This document shows, piece after piece, positions 31,472 through 41,705 of a DNA stretch of 64,000 nt (positions within the stretch are counted from its first letter, which is position 1; each line of letters begins with the position of its first letter). A program made the position numbers and the translations under genes. The notes under the pieces are model-generated. The model saw only the letters and a program-made list of their open reading frames with translations, was not told where the DNA came from and did not search any database. Origin of the DNA: an uncultured delta proteobacterium (GTDB taxonomy: Bacteria > Myxococcota_A > Polyangia > Polyangiales > Polyangiaceae); assembly GCA_963841435.1 (NCBI GenBank), contig CAWJCS010000002.1, positions 512,001-576,000 on the forward strand, given 5' to 3'.

Positions 31472-32623
31472 TCAACCTATCTCCTCCAGGAGATCGACCA
31501 GTGACGGCGTCCAATGGCTCCCGCCAACGAGAACCTTCGCAGAAAGCTTTTCCGAGCACTTCTCGTGCGGAGCCAGCATGCGGGTTGCACAGAACTGGTA
31601 CTCCCAATTGGCGGTCACCGGGTGCATGCACGCAGCGAGCACCTCGAACTGCTCGGCTGAGTAGTACCGACTACAGGCATCGTTGATCGACGCGCGAGTC
31701 TTCTGAAAGTCAACGCGCGGCGGATCGATCGCGCGCCGTACATTCTTGCACTCGATCCTAAACGGTTAACGCTTGTATGAGATCTGAAAATCAGGTGGAC
31801 CATCCTGGTCAAGGGCCTGTACGTCCTCAATCCCGGACAGTGCGGACAGGTGCTTGGCGAGGTGGTGCTCCGCAACGCGCCCGCGAACCGCGACGACTAG
31901 CCTCCCCGTTCCGGCCAAGACATCAAGTAGCTCTCGCGCGGATAGGCCCAGCTCCCGCTCGAGGCCATGGGTAGCGTTGGGCTCCGGAGCGCCAAGCTCG
32001 GCGATCTTGTCGCCAACAAGGAGCCGCTCGGAGGCGTCCAAGCCCGAAGCGACGCGCTCGAATTCGACGTATCGCAGGAAATTCCGTGGGGCGAACGCGC
32101 AGACCGCCTCGGTCTGAAAGCTCTCGAGAGGGGAGACGTCCTTGCGGCGGGCGACGGACCTCTCGCGCTCCCAGCCGTGCCACCCAAGCTGTCTCGCTCG
32201 CTCGAGGTCGCCTTCCTTGAATTCAACTGACACCGAGAACCATGTCGGCGCGTGCATCAGCGGATCGACCGCGACGAACAGGTCCATCTCTTGGTGAACG
32301 CCGAAGAAAAGCGTCGTCACCTTACGGGTGGGATCGACGTAGATGTCGTGGTAGCGGCTGAAGTCGCTGCCGTACTTGATCTGGAAACGGTGCTCGTCCT
32401 TGGGTTAACCCTTGCCGTCGTTCTTGCGCCCGTACTCGTTCGCGGTGAACGCGTAGCAGATGATGGAGCGGCGCTCTCCGCTCGGTAGCTCGATCAGGTA
32501 CTCGTACGGAGCCACCGTGGGGTTAGGGGATCGGAGCACGCGCGCTCCGCAGGTCACCAAGGCGGCCGTGATGCGCGCGACGTTCTGATGACCGTCCACC
32601 CCGGAGTAGCGCTCGACCCGCAT
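31472..32623 (-). CDS. putative restriction endonuclease (methylase-associated N-terminal domain plus PD-(D/E)xK nuclease), two in-frame TAA
   Basis: One frame: ...YAFTANEY...KG*PKDEHRFQIKYGS...RGRVAEHHL...DGPPDF...KR*PFRIECKN...VDFQKTR...SRYY...FEVLAAC...LLEEIG; TAA at 32405-32407 and 31766-31768. Confidence 0.75.
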
Positions 32624-32756
32624 CCTTCCAGACTAAACCACAGGCTCGCCGGCCAAGCACCGAGCCCGTGGGGCTCCGCTCCGGTGTGACATTCAAAGAC
32701 CCGGGAGCGGAATGCCGGCGACGTAGCCGAGCACCTCTGCTATACGCATGATCAGC

Positions 32757-34000
32757 ATGTCGAAGCCGCGGGTCATCAGCCTCTTCTCCGGCGCTGGCGG
32801 GCTCGATTATGGCTTCGAAGCTGCGGGATTTGATACGGCCGTAGCTTTGGAGCTCGACCACGACGCCTGCGAAACCCTGAGAACCAATCGCCGTTGGGAG
32901 GTCATCGAGCGGAGCATCTTCGAGGTGCCGACCGCAGAGGCCTCCTTGAGCGCGGGGGGCTGAAGAAGCGTGAGGCAAACGTCCTCATCGGCGGCCCGCC
33001 CTGCCAGCCGTTCTCGAAGGCGGGGTACTGGTCGAAGGGCGATTCGCTGAGGCTCGATGATCCGCGCGCGAGCACGCTGAGCGCGTACATGCGCGTCGTT
33101 GAGGAAGCGCTGCCGCAGGTGTTCCTGCTCGAGAACGTCGAGGGTCTTGCTTACGCAGGTAAGGATGAGGGGCTTCACCTGCTGCTCGAGTGCGTGAAGG
33201 ACATCAACGCGCGCACGCGGAGCAACTACAAGCCAGTGTTCAAGATTCTCCGCGCGGTCAACTACGGCGTCCCGCAGCAGCGCGAGCGCGTGATCATGAT
33301 CGCCTCTCGTGACGGGGAGCAGTTCAGCCACCCGACGCCGACGCACTGCGATCCGGACGCGCCAGCCCCTCTCCTCGCCAAAGTCAACCAACCGTTCTAC
33401 CGAACCGCCTGGGACGCGATCGCAGATGTGAAGCCGGATACGGACGAAGAGCTGGAGATGCGCGGGAAGTGGGCGGGCCTGTTGCCTTCAGTCCCCGAAG
33501 GTCAGAACTACCTTTGGCACACCGATCGAGGCGGAGGGCGACCGCTCTTCGGCTGGCGACGACGCTACTGGAGCTTCCTGCTCAAGCTTGCGAAGAATCG
33601 CCCGTCGTGGACGATCCAGGCACAGCCGGGTCCGGCAATCGGCCCATTCCATTGGGAGAATCGCCGCCTCAGCACGCGTGAGCTGTGTCGCCTGCAGACG
33701 TTTCCTGACGACGTGAACATCTGCGGCGGACGGACCTCGATTCAGCGCCAGCTCGGCAATGCCGTTCCGTCGCTCTTGGGCGAGGTTGTCGCGCGTGAGA
33801 TCGCTGTGCAGCTGCTCGGAAAGCGTCGCAACCGGACGCCTCCTCGTCTGCTTCCGCCGGATCGCTCCCCTGCTCCGCCTCCCGAACGGGTACGCGCTGT
33901 ACCCCGGGAGTTCATGGAGCTGGCGGGCGAGCACACGGCGCACCCAGGGACGGGGCTGGGCAACGCAGCGGTGCTTCGGCTCAGCGACTCTTGGGCCTGA
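32757..34000 (+). CDS. DNA (cytosine-5)-methyltransferase, frameshift near 32942
   Basis: SLFSGAGG (motif I), GGPPCQPFS (IV), ENVEG (VI), YGVPQQRER (VIII), RLQTFPD (IX), QLGNAVP (X). Confidence 0.92.
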
Positions 34001-34655
34001 TCCGTTTCGCGCACAGCGGCTCGAGAACGCAGCGCTCGCACCGTGGGTGCACGCCGCACGTCTTTCGGCCGTGAGCGACCATGGTGACGTGCAACGAGTA
34101 GCGGAGACTCGGGTCAATCTTGCCCTCGAGCTCGGCGCTGCGACGCTCGTCCGGATGCTTCCCACCGGCCACCCATCCTAGCCGCTCGGAGACGCGCCAC
34201 ACGTGCGTGTCCACGGGCAGCACGTAGCGACCGAGCGAATACATCAGGACGCAGCGCGCAGTCTTGGGACCGACGCCGGGCAGAGACACGAGGTAGCTCA
34301 TGGCGTCCTCGTTCGACCAGGTGTGCAGAAAGCGCAGCGAGGTCGTTCCGCGATCCGCATGGATCTTCTTTAACAGAGCCTGAAGGAGCGCCACCTTCCG
34401 CTTCGCAAAGCCACCGAACCGGATCAGAGTCTCGACCTCTCCGCCCGGGGCTCGCCTGACCCGGTCCCAGCTTCGATACGTCTTCCAAAGCGCCGAGAAA
34501 GTACGCCGATACTCAGCCTCTCGCGTCTGTGTGGAAAGGACGATGAAGACAAGCTCAGCAAGCGGATCACGCTTGTTATGGAGCCGTGGACGGCCGTACG
34601 TCGAGCGGAGCACCTGCTCGATATCGTTGGGGCTGGGAAGGAGGTCCGCGGCCAA
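33981..34655 (-). CDS. endonuclease III-like HhH-GPD DNA glycosylase
   Basis: LSTQT, LPGVGPKTA, PVDTHVWRV, C-terminal Fe-S motif CGVHPRCERCVLEPLC. Confidence 0.9.
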   Translation of the reverse strand: MAADLLPSPNDIEQVLRSTYGRPRLHNKRDPLAELVFIVLSTQTREAEYRRTFSALWKTYRSWDRVRRAPGGEVETLIRFGGFAKRKVALLQALLKKIHADRGTTSLRFLHTWSNEDAMSYLVSLPGVGPKTARCVLMYSLGRYVLPVDTHVWRVSERLGWVAGGKHPDERRSAELEGKIDPSLRYSLHVTMVAHGRKTCGVHPRCERCVLEPLCAKRIRPKSR

Positions 34656-34735
34656 CAGGCACGAGATCTAGCTGCCCCAGCGCGCCCGGTCACGCCACCT
34701 TGCGCCCGACCGAGAACCGGTGGAAGGCTCGACGG

Positions 34736-35011
34736 ATGAGCGCCGAGCTGCCCCGCGCCCCGCTCCTCGAGGCGCCCATCATCCAGTACCTCGCATCCAA
34801 GCCCGGCCCGCAGGAGATCGCGGAGATCGACACCGCCGTCGCGCGAGAGCTTGCGCTGACGCCCGAGCAACTAGCACTGCCGCACAACCCCGCAAAGGCG
34901 GGCGGGCGCAGCGAGTTTGCCTACCGAATGGCGTGGGCTCGGACCCGCCTGAAGGCGAAAGGCGCCATCGAGAATACGGGCCTCGGCAAATGGGCGCTGG
35001 TAAAAAAATAG
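34736..35011 (+). CDS. stand-alone Mrr N-terminal winged-helix protein
   Basis: VARELALTPEQL...RSEFAYRMAWARTRLKAKGAIENTGLGKWAL. Confidence 0.8.
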   Translation: MSAELPRAPLLEAPIIQYLASKPGPQEIAEIDTAVARELALTPEQLALPHNPAKAGGRSEFAYRMAWARTRLKAKGAIENTGLGKWALVKK

Positions 35012-35024
35012 GCCACCGTCTGCG

Positions 35025-37412
35025 CTAGCCGTCCTCTGCGTCAAGCTCCGCATCAAACATCGTCGCGATCTGCATGCGCCCGATCGCAATGATGGCGTGT
35101 CGCATCCAGATGTCCGACGGCTTCTCCTCGGGCGCGACCTTTCCCTTTGCGTCATTCAGCAAGAACATCCCGTACGACACTGCGCCGGCGTAGCGATCCT
35201 TCAGCGACTCCACCGCGTCTTTGGATCCGGACGCGCTGTCGGCGCGCCGTGTGATGGCCTTGCGCAGATCGGGGAAGCTCTCGTTGAGACGGAATACCAA
35301 CGATTCCGCGGAGTCCGTCACGTCTCCCGCTTCCTCGCCCGTCCATTCTGGCGGCCACATGCGCTTCAGCTCCTCGCGCTCCTCGTCGTTCGCTGCGTCG
35401 CGCTCGTGCCTGACCCACGTGATGTCGGGCACCCCGCTGTCGGCCGGAGGGACTGTATCCGGGCAGCTCGAGGGCTGAACTACTTGAATCGTAGCCGTGG
35501 CCACGAGTTCCCCCGCAGCAGCGTTGAGCAACCGAACGCGGACCGTGTACTCACCAGGCTTCGCTTCCTCGGAGGAGCCAAACACCAGCCGCGCGCGACC
35601 ACCTCGCACCGAGCCGGTCCCCTTGTGTCGCAGTCCGCCTGGATCGGGCCCGGCAATCTCCACGACGAGATCTCCGCTCGACTCGTCCAGATAGCCGTTC
35701 TTCGCGTCGATCGCGAGCACCAGATGCCCACCACGCCCTGCTCCGATCTCGTGGCGGGAGTTGATGATCTCGATCTTCGTGGGCACGGCTGGGAATGCGG
35801 AATCATCCATCTCTGGAGGCTTCACGCGCCCCCGAGGCTTGGTGATTGGCGGTCGATCCGCCCGACGACCGGGGCGAGCGCCACCGTCGGTCGCTCCAGC
35901 CAAGTTTCGCCCCATCCCTGCGAGATGGCGCCTGATAAGCGTTGCCACCTTCTTCCGCACGCTATCTTTCACCTTTGCCGAAGCTCGCGCTAGCTCCGCG
36001 TTCTTCGCTTCCTCTTCGAGCGCACGAAAATCCTCGCCCTCGAGGTATTCGGCCAGCGCATTGAAAATGGCATCGCTGACCTCGTTGTCTCGCTGCTGCT
36101 CGCGACCGGACGGGAACAGGTGCCGCTTCGCTTCAGCGGTGAGCTCATCAGCTGCAACTTGAACCACCATCCGCTTGGCTAGAAAGCCGAGCCGACACTC
36201 CTTGAGGAAGTCGCGCCCCCGCTGTCCGTGGCGTTGCCCGGACAACGTCAGAGTGATCGTGTGCTCAGCGCGAACGTAGCTCTCCGCGTTCGCCACTCCG
36301 CCAAGGACCCATGCGCGCACGCGGATCCGGCCCAGCGATTCGCCGGCATCCAACACATCGAGCATCAGCTCGTCCGAGAAGCGGAGGAACGGCCGCTCCG
36401 AGCCAGGATCCTCCACGTCGTCTCCAGCGCGCAAGCGTGGCTTCGTGGGCAGCCCGTCGAGCACCGCGGCGTTGCCCTTGATGATGCGGCCAGTGGACGC
36501 AGCCTTTGCATCCCCGTGCAGGTCCTTCTTCCTGTCGCCCGTGATGTGAATCGGAAGTGGCGGATCGTAGAGCGCCGAGTTCAGGAGAGCCCACAGACCG
36601 GTCTTCTGCTGGCGATACGCGGCAGAGTACCGATGGAGGTCGTAGCGGACGTGTGTGATCCGGGTGCCGTGGGCAAGCTCGAACGCACCAGCTACCTCGC
36701 GCGGCCGTGCACACAAGATCGCATGCTTGGGTCCGCATAGGTACTCGTATGTGCCGCCCTTGATCTTGCTCGGCGTGTAGCGCACCACGGTGAAGCCAAC
36801 GAGGTCGTCTTCACCATCGAGCAGCTGCTTGGCACGCCGCGAGGCGATGATGGTGTACTCGCTATGCATCAGGGTCGTCGCGCCGCCATGGCCATACTTT
36901 CCGATGAGGTACGGCTTCTCCCGCTTCTCGCTTTGGTGCAGGCTCAGCAGCGAGGTCGAGAACGCGCTCGGGTGCTGCCCCATCCCGTGGTCCTCAACCA
37001 AGATGGTGGGTCGATCAGGATCTCCGCTGTCCGTGAGGTGCACGTGCACGGCCCCCTCAGCGATGGAGCGGACCTTCTTATCGTCCTTCATTGCGGTGAC
37101 GCCCCGCGGCGGCAGGCCAAACCAGCGCGCACCGGCCTCCGCCGGCGTCCCAGGCCGATCCCTGGCGTGCAAGCGCGCCTCCAGCTCGAAGCACGCCTCG
37201 ATCCCGTTCACCACCCGCTCGATGAGCTGCGTTGGCGCGTCCTTACCTAGCTCGATGGGGCCGTCGTTCGAAGGATTGCCGCCGACCGGGCACCACGTGA
37301 AGTCCAGCTCTCCCTGGATCTCCTTGATCACCTCCCGCGTTGCGTCGTTCGTGGTGACGCTCAGCAGGCGAGCTGCGAGAGCCTTACCAAGTGGATGCAG
37401 GCGATCGGTCAT
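35025..37412 (-). CDS. GHKL (MORC/Hsp90-like) ATPase, 795 aa
   Basis: ERVVNGIEA (N box), VEDHGMG (G1), GKYGHGG (G2), HGTRI (G3). Confidence 0.8.
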   Translation of the reverse strand: MTDRLHPLGKALAARLLSVTTNDATREVIKEIQGELDFTWCPVGGNPSNDGPIELGKDAPTQLIERVVNGIEACFELEARLHARDRPGTPAEAGARWFGLPPRGVTAMKDDKKVRSIAEGAVHVHLTDSGDPDRPTILVEDHGMGQHPSAFSTSLLSLHQSEKREKPYLIGKYGHGGATTLMHSEYTIIASRRAKQLLDGEDDLVGFTVVRYTPSKIKGGTYEYLCGPKHAILCARPREVAGAFELAHGTRITHVRYDLHRYSAAYRQQKTGLWALLNSALYDPPLPIHITGDRKKDLHGDAKAASTGRIIKGNAAVLDGLPTKPRLRAGDDVEDPGSERPFLRFSDELMLDVLDAGESLGRIRVRAWVLGGVANAESYVRAEHTITLTLSGQRHGQRGRDFLKECRLGFLAKRMVVQVAADELTAEAKRHLFPSGREQQRDNEVSDAIFNALAEYLEGEDFRALEEEAKNAELARASAKVKDSVRKKVATLIRRHLAGMGRNLAGATDGGARPGRRADRPPITKPRGRVKPPEMDDSAFPAVPTKIEIINSRHEIGAGRGGHLVLAIDAKNGYLDESSGDLVVEIAGPDPGGLRHKGTGSVRGGRARLVFGSSEEAKPGEYTVRVRLLNAAAGELVATATIQVVQPSSCPDTVPPADSGVPDITWVRHERDAANDEEREELKRMWPPEWTGEEAGDVTDSAESLVFRLNESFPDLRKAITRRADSASGSKDAVESLKDRYAGAVSYGMFLLNDAKGKVAPEEKPSDIWMRHAIIAIGRMQIATMFDAELDAEDG

Positions 37413-37563
37413 CAGTTCCCCCTTCAGTGCAACAGGCGCAGGGTAGGCCAGCCACGAATTCTAGGGTGGACGCTCTGTGCGCCGCAAGAGGTGAGCCAGC
37501 CGCGTGCATGCGCTGCGCGGTCGAGTAATCGACACCGACGCCCAGGGAGCTAAACTTGTGACC

Positions 37564-37803
37564 ATGCGTTCCGTCGAAGCTATCGCCGTGGAGGCTCTGT
37601 CGCTGCCCGCCGACGACCGGGCCGCTCTCGTCTTGCGCCTTGCTGAGAGCCTCGACGAACAGCACGATTGCGACGGCGAGGATGCCTGGGCTGCTGAAGT
37701 GGCGGGACGCATCGAGACGATCACGGCGGGAACTGCCGAGACGATCACGATTGCCCAGGCGCTCGCCGGAGCTCGCGCCCGATTGTCGACGCGTCGTGGC
37801 TGA
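37564..37803 (+). CDS. putative addiction-module antitoxin component
   Basis: EALSLPADDRAALVLRLAESLD...AWAAEVAGRIE...G.AETI. Confidence 0.8.
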   Translation: MRSVEAIAVEALSLPADDRAALVLRLAESLDEQHDCDGEDAWAAEVAGRIETITAGTAETITIAQALAGARARLSTRRG

Positions 37804-37974
37804 GATTCTCCGACCCCGCCCGCCTCCTCCTCTCCCCCAACCCCATCCGAATCAACCAATCCTTCCGCCCGACCAGCGCCCGCGCCGTCCCCGGCGATAC
37901 AGCGCGACCAGCTCCGCTTCAGGCTCGCACCGTGAGTCACCCCTCGCACCGTGCGTCGCGCGCATCACGCTCCG

Positions 37975-38682
37975 GTGACGCCGCCGGCACCGGCGCCGCC
38001 GGGCGGGACCGCAGACAGCTCGAGCGTCTCTGTCGCTACGTCACCCGCCCGCCGGTCGCCCAAGACCGGCTCGAGCGGCTCGCCGACGGCAAGCTCGAGC
38101 TTCCGACTCAAGCACCCGTGGAAGGACGGCACGTGCGCGATCCTGCTCGAGCCCGATGACCTGTTGGTCCGGCTGGTCGCCGCGGTGCCCCACCGTACTT
38201 CCACTTGGTCAGGTACTTCGCCGTGCTCTCGAGCCACTCGCGACTGCGAAAAGAAGTCGTGCCACACCCGCCCGCTGATCCGAGCGCGGATGTTCCGCCG
38301 CCGGCGCCGGGCGACCAGCTCGAGCTCGACCTCGACGCCGACGGTGACGCGCCGGCTCCGAGAAAAAGATGGGCGTGGTTGCTGACACATGTGTTCGCTG
38401 CCGACCTTGATACGTGCCCCCCGACGAAGACGTCGGCTCCCCCGACGCGCGGGGTAGCTGCAACCGGTCGCGCCCGCTAGCGTGCGCTCTTGACGCCGAC
38501 CCGAGCGGGCGTCGAGGACGTGGCGCGCCGCACGGCAGCCGGTATCGAGAAATCCTCCGACCACGCAACCGTGCTCCACATCGCTCCTGTGTTCGGAGCA
38601 GCGACACCCGCCCACCTGCAGTCCCCTCCAATCCTGCCCCCGGGCTTCCTCTCGGTTTTCGCGGTTCGATTTTCTTATGCGC
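37975..38682 (+). mobile_element. IS91/ISCR-family remnant 2 (frameshifted Y2 transposase C-terminal half plus oriIS end)
   Basis: DRRQLERLCRYVTRPPVAQDRL, LKHPWKDGT, LLVRLVAAVP, HLVRYFAVLSSHSRLR, WAWLLTHVFAADLDTCP; same terminal motif as remnant 1. Confidence 0.85.
38421..38682 (+). repeat. 262-bp direct repeat copy 2
   Basis: Matches 31188-31450. Confidence 0.92.
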
Positions 38683-38753
38683 CAACCCAATTGGCGCCCC
38701 GGCGTCCCTCACCGGCGACGACCGATGAGCCCGGTCGGCAAGCAGCAGGCCGA

Positions 38754-41261
38754 TTACGGCTGATAGGGGCGTGGCGCCACCGCGGGCGTCGTGCCCTCGA
38801 CCCAGGCGGGGCTGCCCTGGGAGGTGATGGTCACGCTGGAGCTGGTCAAGCCCGGGCGACGTGGCCTCGATGACCGAGGTGCCGGAGTAGTAGGTGCGGA
38901 ATTCAATCGCGGCCTGGCCGTCGCGGATCGCGATGTCGGACGCCGAGCCGCTGCCGGGCGGCGTGAACGTGATGCTCGGCCCGGTCGGGAACTCGCCGGG
39001 GCCGGACTTGATCGTGAGCGTCACGGTGGCGGTGTTGCTGATCGGCTTGCCGTCCGAGTCCACGACGGTGACCAGGAGCCATGCGTCCTGCGTGCCGTCC
39101 ACCGCGGACAGCGTCGTCGTGCTCGACGTCAGATTCAGGCCCGCGGCCGTGCCCGCGGTCGGCCAGGTCGGCGGCGGGACGTTCGCGTAGGCGTTTCGAT
39201 ACCAGTAGTACGACTCGCTTCGGGATGCGGAAGTAGTCGACGATGCCCGAGTTGATGTACTGCGTGCCCATCTGGCTGCCGTAGTCGAACATGCACCACC
39301 GGGAGATTCCGCTGCGCCACGCGGGTTGGGCGGCCATGCCGTTCGACACCGTCAGGTTGCCCCAGCCCGGATCGTAGTTGCCCGGGCGAGTCGAGCTCAC
39401 GTCGGCGCCGTATTCGGACACCATGTTGGGTATGCCAGGGTCGTCGTAGCCCACGCCGTCGCCGTTGTAGCCGGCCACGTCGCCCAGCGTGCCAGGCTCG
39501 GTGCCGCCGATCTTGGACTGCGCGCCGCCGATGGCGGCCGGCCGTCCCGTGGGCGCGGGATCGAGCTGGTGGGTCAAGGCGACCGCCTTCTTGAGCAGCG
39601 CGATCACCCTGTCCGCCGGACCGCCGCCGTTGAAGAAGTCCTCGTTTCCCATGCTCCACACGATGATGCTCGGGTGATTGCGATGGATGCGGATCATCTC
39701 CGTGAGGCTCGCGAGAACGTTGGCGTCGTACTCGTCGAAGTCGGCGGACGTGCTCGGGTAGGCGCCGCTGTAGGACCAGCCGCCCGGGCCGCCGCCGAAG
39801 CCGCCCCAGAAGCAGTTTTCCGACCAGAACAGGATGCCGAGCTCGTCGCACGCGTCGGCGAAGGCCGGGCGCCTTCGGATAGTGCGAGCCGCGGATGAAG
39901 TTCATGCCCGCGTCCTTGACCATCTTGACGTCGCGGTAGAGCGCCGAGTCGCTCACGCCGATGCCCCAGCCGGCATGGTCCTGATGGACGTTGCCCCCTT
40001 GAATCCAATAGTGCGCGCCGTTCAGGGAGAATCCTTGTGTACGCCGACCAGCTGAACCAGCGAAACCCGAACGTGCGTCGTGAAGTCGTCGACGATCCCC
40101 ATGTCGTCGGACAGGTACGACAGCGCCCTGTACAGCGTGGGATGGTCGGGGTGCCAGAGCGACGGGCTGCTGATCGCTGGCGTGGTTTGGTCGAAGGTCA
40201 CCGTCTTGCCCGCGTCGATCTGTCTGCTGAGACGAGACGGTGGCGACCACCTTGCCGTCCTTGTCGACGATGTCGGTCTTCAGCGTGGCGTTGACGGCGG
40301 CGGCGCGGTCATGTTCTGCACCTCCGTCTTGATCTCCACGGTGCTGGACGAGCCCGAATTGGTCGCGAGCGTGGGCGTCGTGACCCACGTGCCGTACCAG
40401 GCGACGTGAAGCGGATCGGTAACGACGACGTTCACGTCGCGATAAAGACCGCCCTGGAACGTGTGGTCGCCGGTGATCGGCGGGAGCTGCGCGTTCCAGT
40501 TGTTGTTCAGGCGAACGGCCACGACGTTGTCACCGGTCTGGATGGCGGCGCTGATCGTCGATGGAGAAGCCGTTGTAGCCGCCGATGTGCTCTCCGACCT
40601 GCTTGCCGTTGACGTAGATCTGCGCCTGGTCGAACGCCGCCTGAAACTCGAGAAACACGCTCTTTTCCGCCCAGTTCGCCGGCACGGTGAAGTGCTTTCG
40701 GTACCAGCCGTACCCGACGTAGAACTTCGCGTTGATGAAGTACGGCAGATTGAACGAGTGCGGCAGGCCTATATCGTTCCACGAGGCATCGTCGAAATCG
40801 GTCGCGTCCGCGCCCGTCACGTCGCTACGTTTGAACTTCCACGATTGGTTGAAGTTCTGAATCTCGCGGGCGCCGGTGGGCTCTGCACCGCCAGTCCCCC
40901 CCGAAGCAGCGGCGCCCGCCTGTCCTCCCTCAGCGGCAGCGCCAGCCGCGCCACCGCTCCCTGAGAGCCCGCCCGCGGCCGCGCCGCTATTGCCGCCCGC
41001 GGCCGCGCCGCCGTTGCCGCCGCCGGCCGTGCCTCCGGAGGCGGAGACCCCGCCGCTGGCCTGGTTTCCCCCTGTGGACTGCATGCCACCGGCCGAACCA
41101 CCGGTGGCGGCGTTCGAGCCTCCGTTTCCCTGGGATTGGCCGCCGCTGCCGCCGGCAACGCCGCCATTGCCACCTGACGCTCCGTTTTGATGGCTGTCTC
41201 GCTTGGACCCACTGCAAGCAAGCAACGCCATTGCGATCATGAGGGGCAGTGCGCGATGCAT
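38754..41261 (-). CDS. GH2 beta-galactosidase-like lipoprotein with multiple frameshifts
   Basis: LLAC lipobox, Gly linker, FNQSWKF, GWYRKHF, GGLYRDV, NVHQDHAGWG, NFIRGSHYP, RNHPSIIVWSMGNE, VSEYG, GIVDYFRIPK, spread over several frames. Confidence 0.85.
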
Positions 41262-41705
41262 CGGATTTCCCATCTCGTGTCGAGTCGAGCCCCTGGCGAC
41301 TACCGCAGGTCGAACACTTCGTCGGTCTCTTGGAACAACGTCGCGCCGCTCTTCTGGGCTGTCAGGACGAGGTAGCCGCCCCCCGGGACCTGGATCGGGG
41401 GCCTGGATCGCGGTCTCGACGAGCGAGTGCGGGATGGAGCGGCGCATGCCCCAGCAGAAACCCGCCAGCGCGGTCGGACGGGTCACTTTTCTCGGTGGGT
41501 GACCTGCAATCACGGGGCTGTGAACCCGGGATCTCGTGCGCGTAACATAGTGGAATAATGAAAGAAATCGTGGCCGCTTCTCGTTCGGTCGGTTGCGACG
41601 CGAGGGCGGTCGAGCGGCAGCTCGAGGCGGCGTTCACGCCGGCGGTGCATCGAAATCCCCGAGCCGTCGGTGGGACATGAGGGGTGTTGGTAGGAGACGG
41701 AAATC

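Noticed and set aside
31472-32623. TAA stop-codon reassignment or readthrough
   Set aside because: TAA terminates other genes here (yidC, GH2); both stops are better explained by the GTTAAC context
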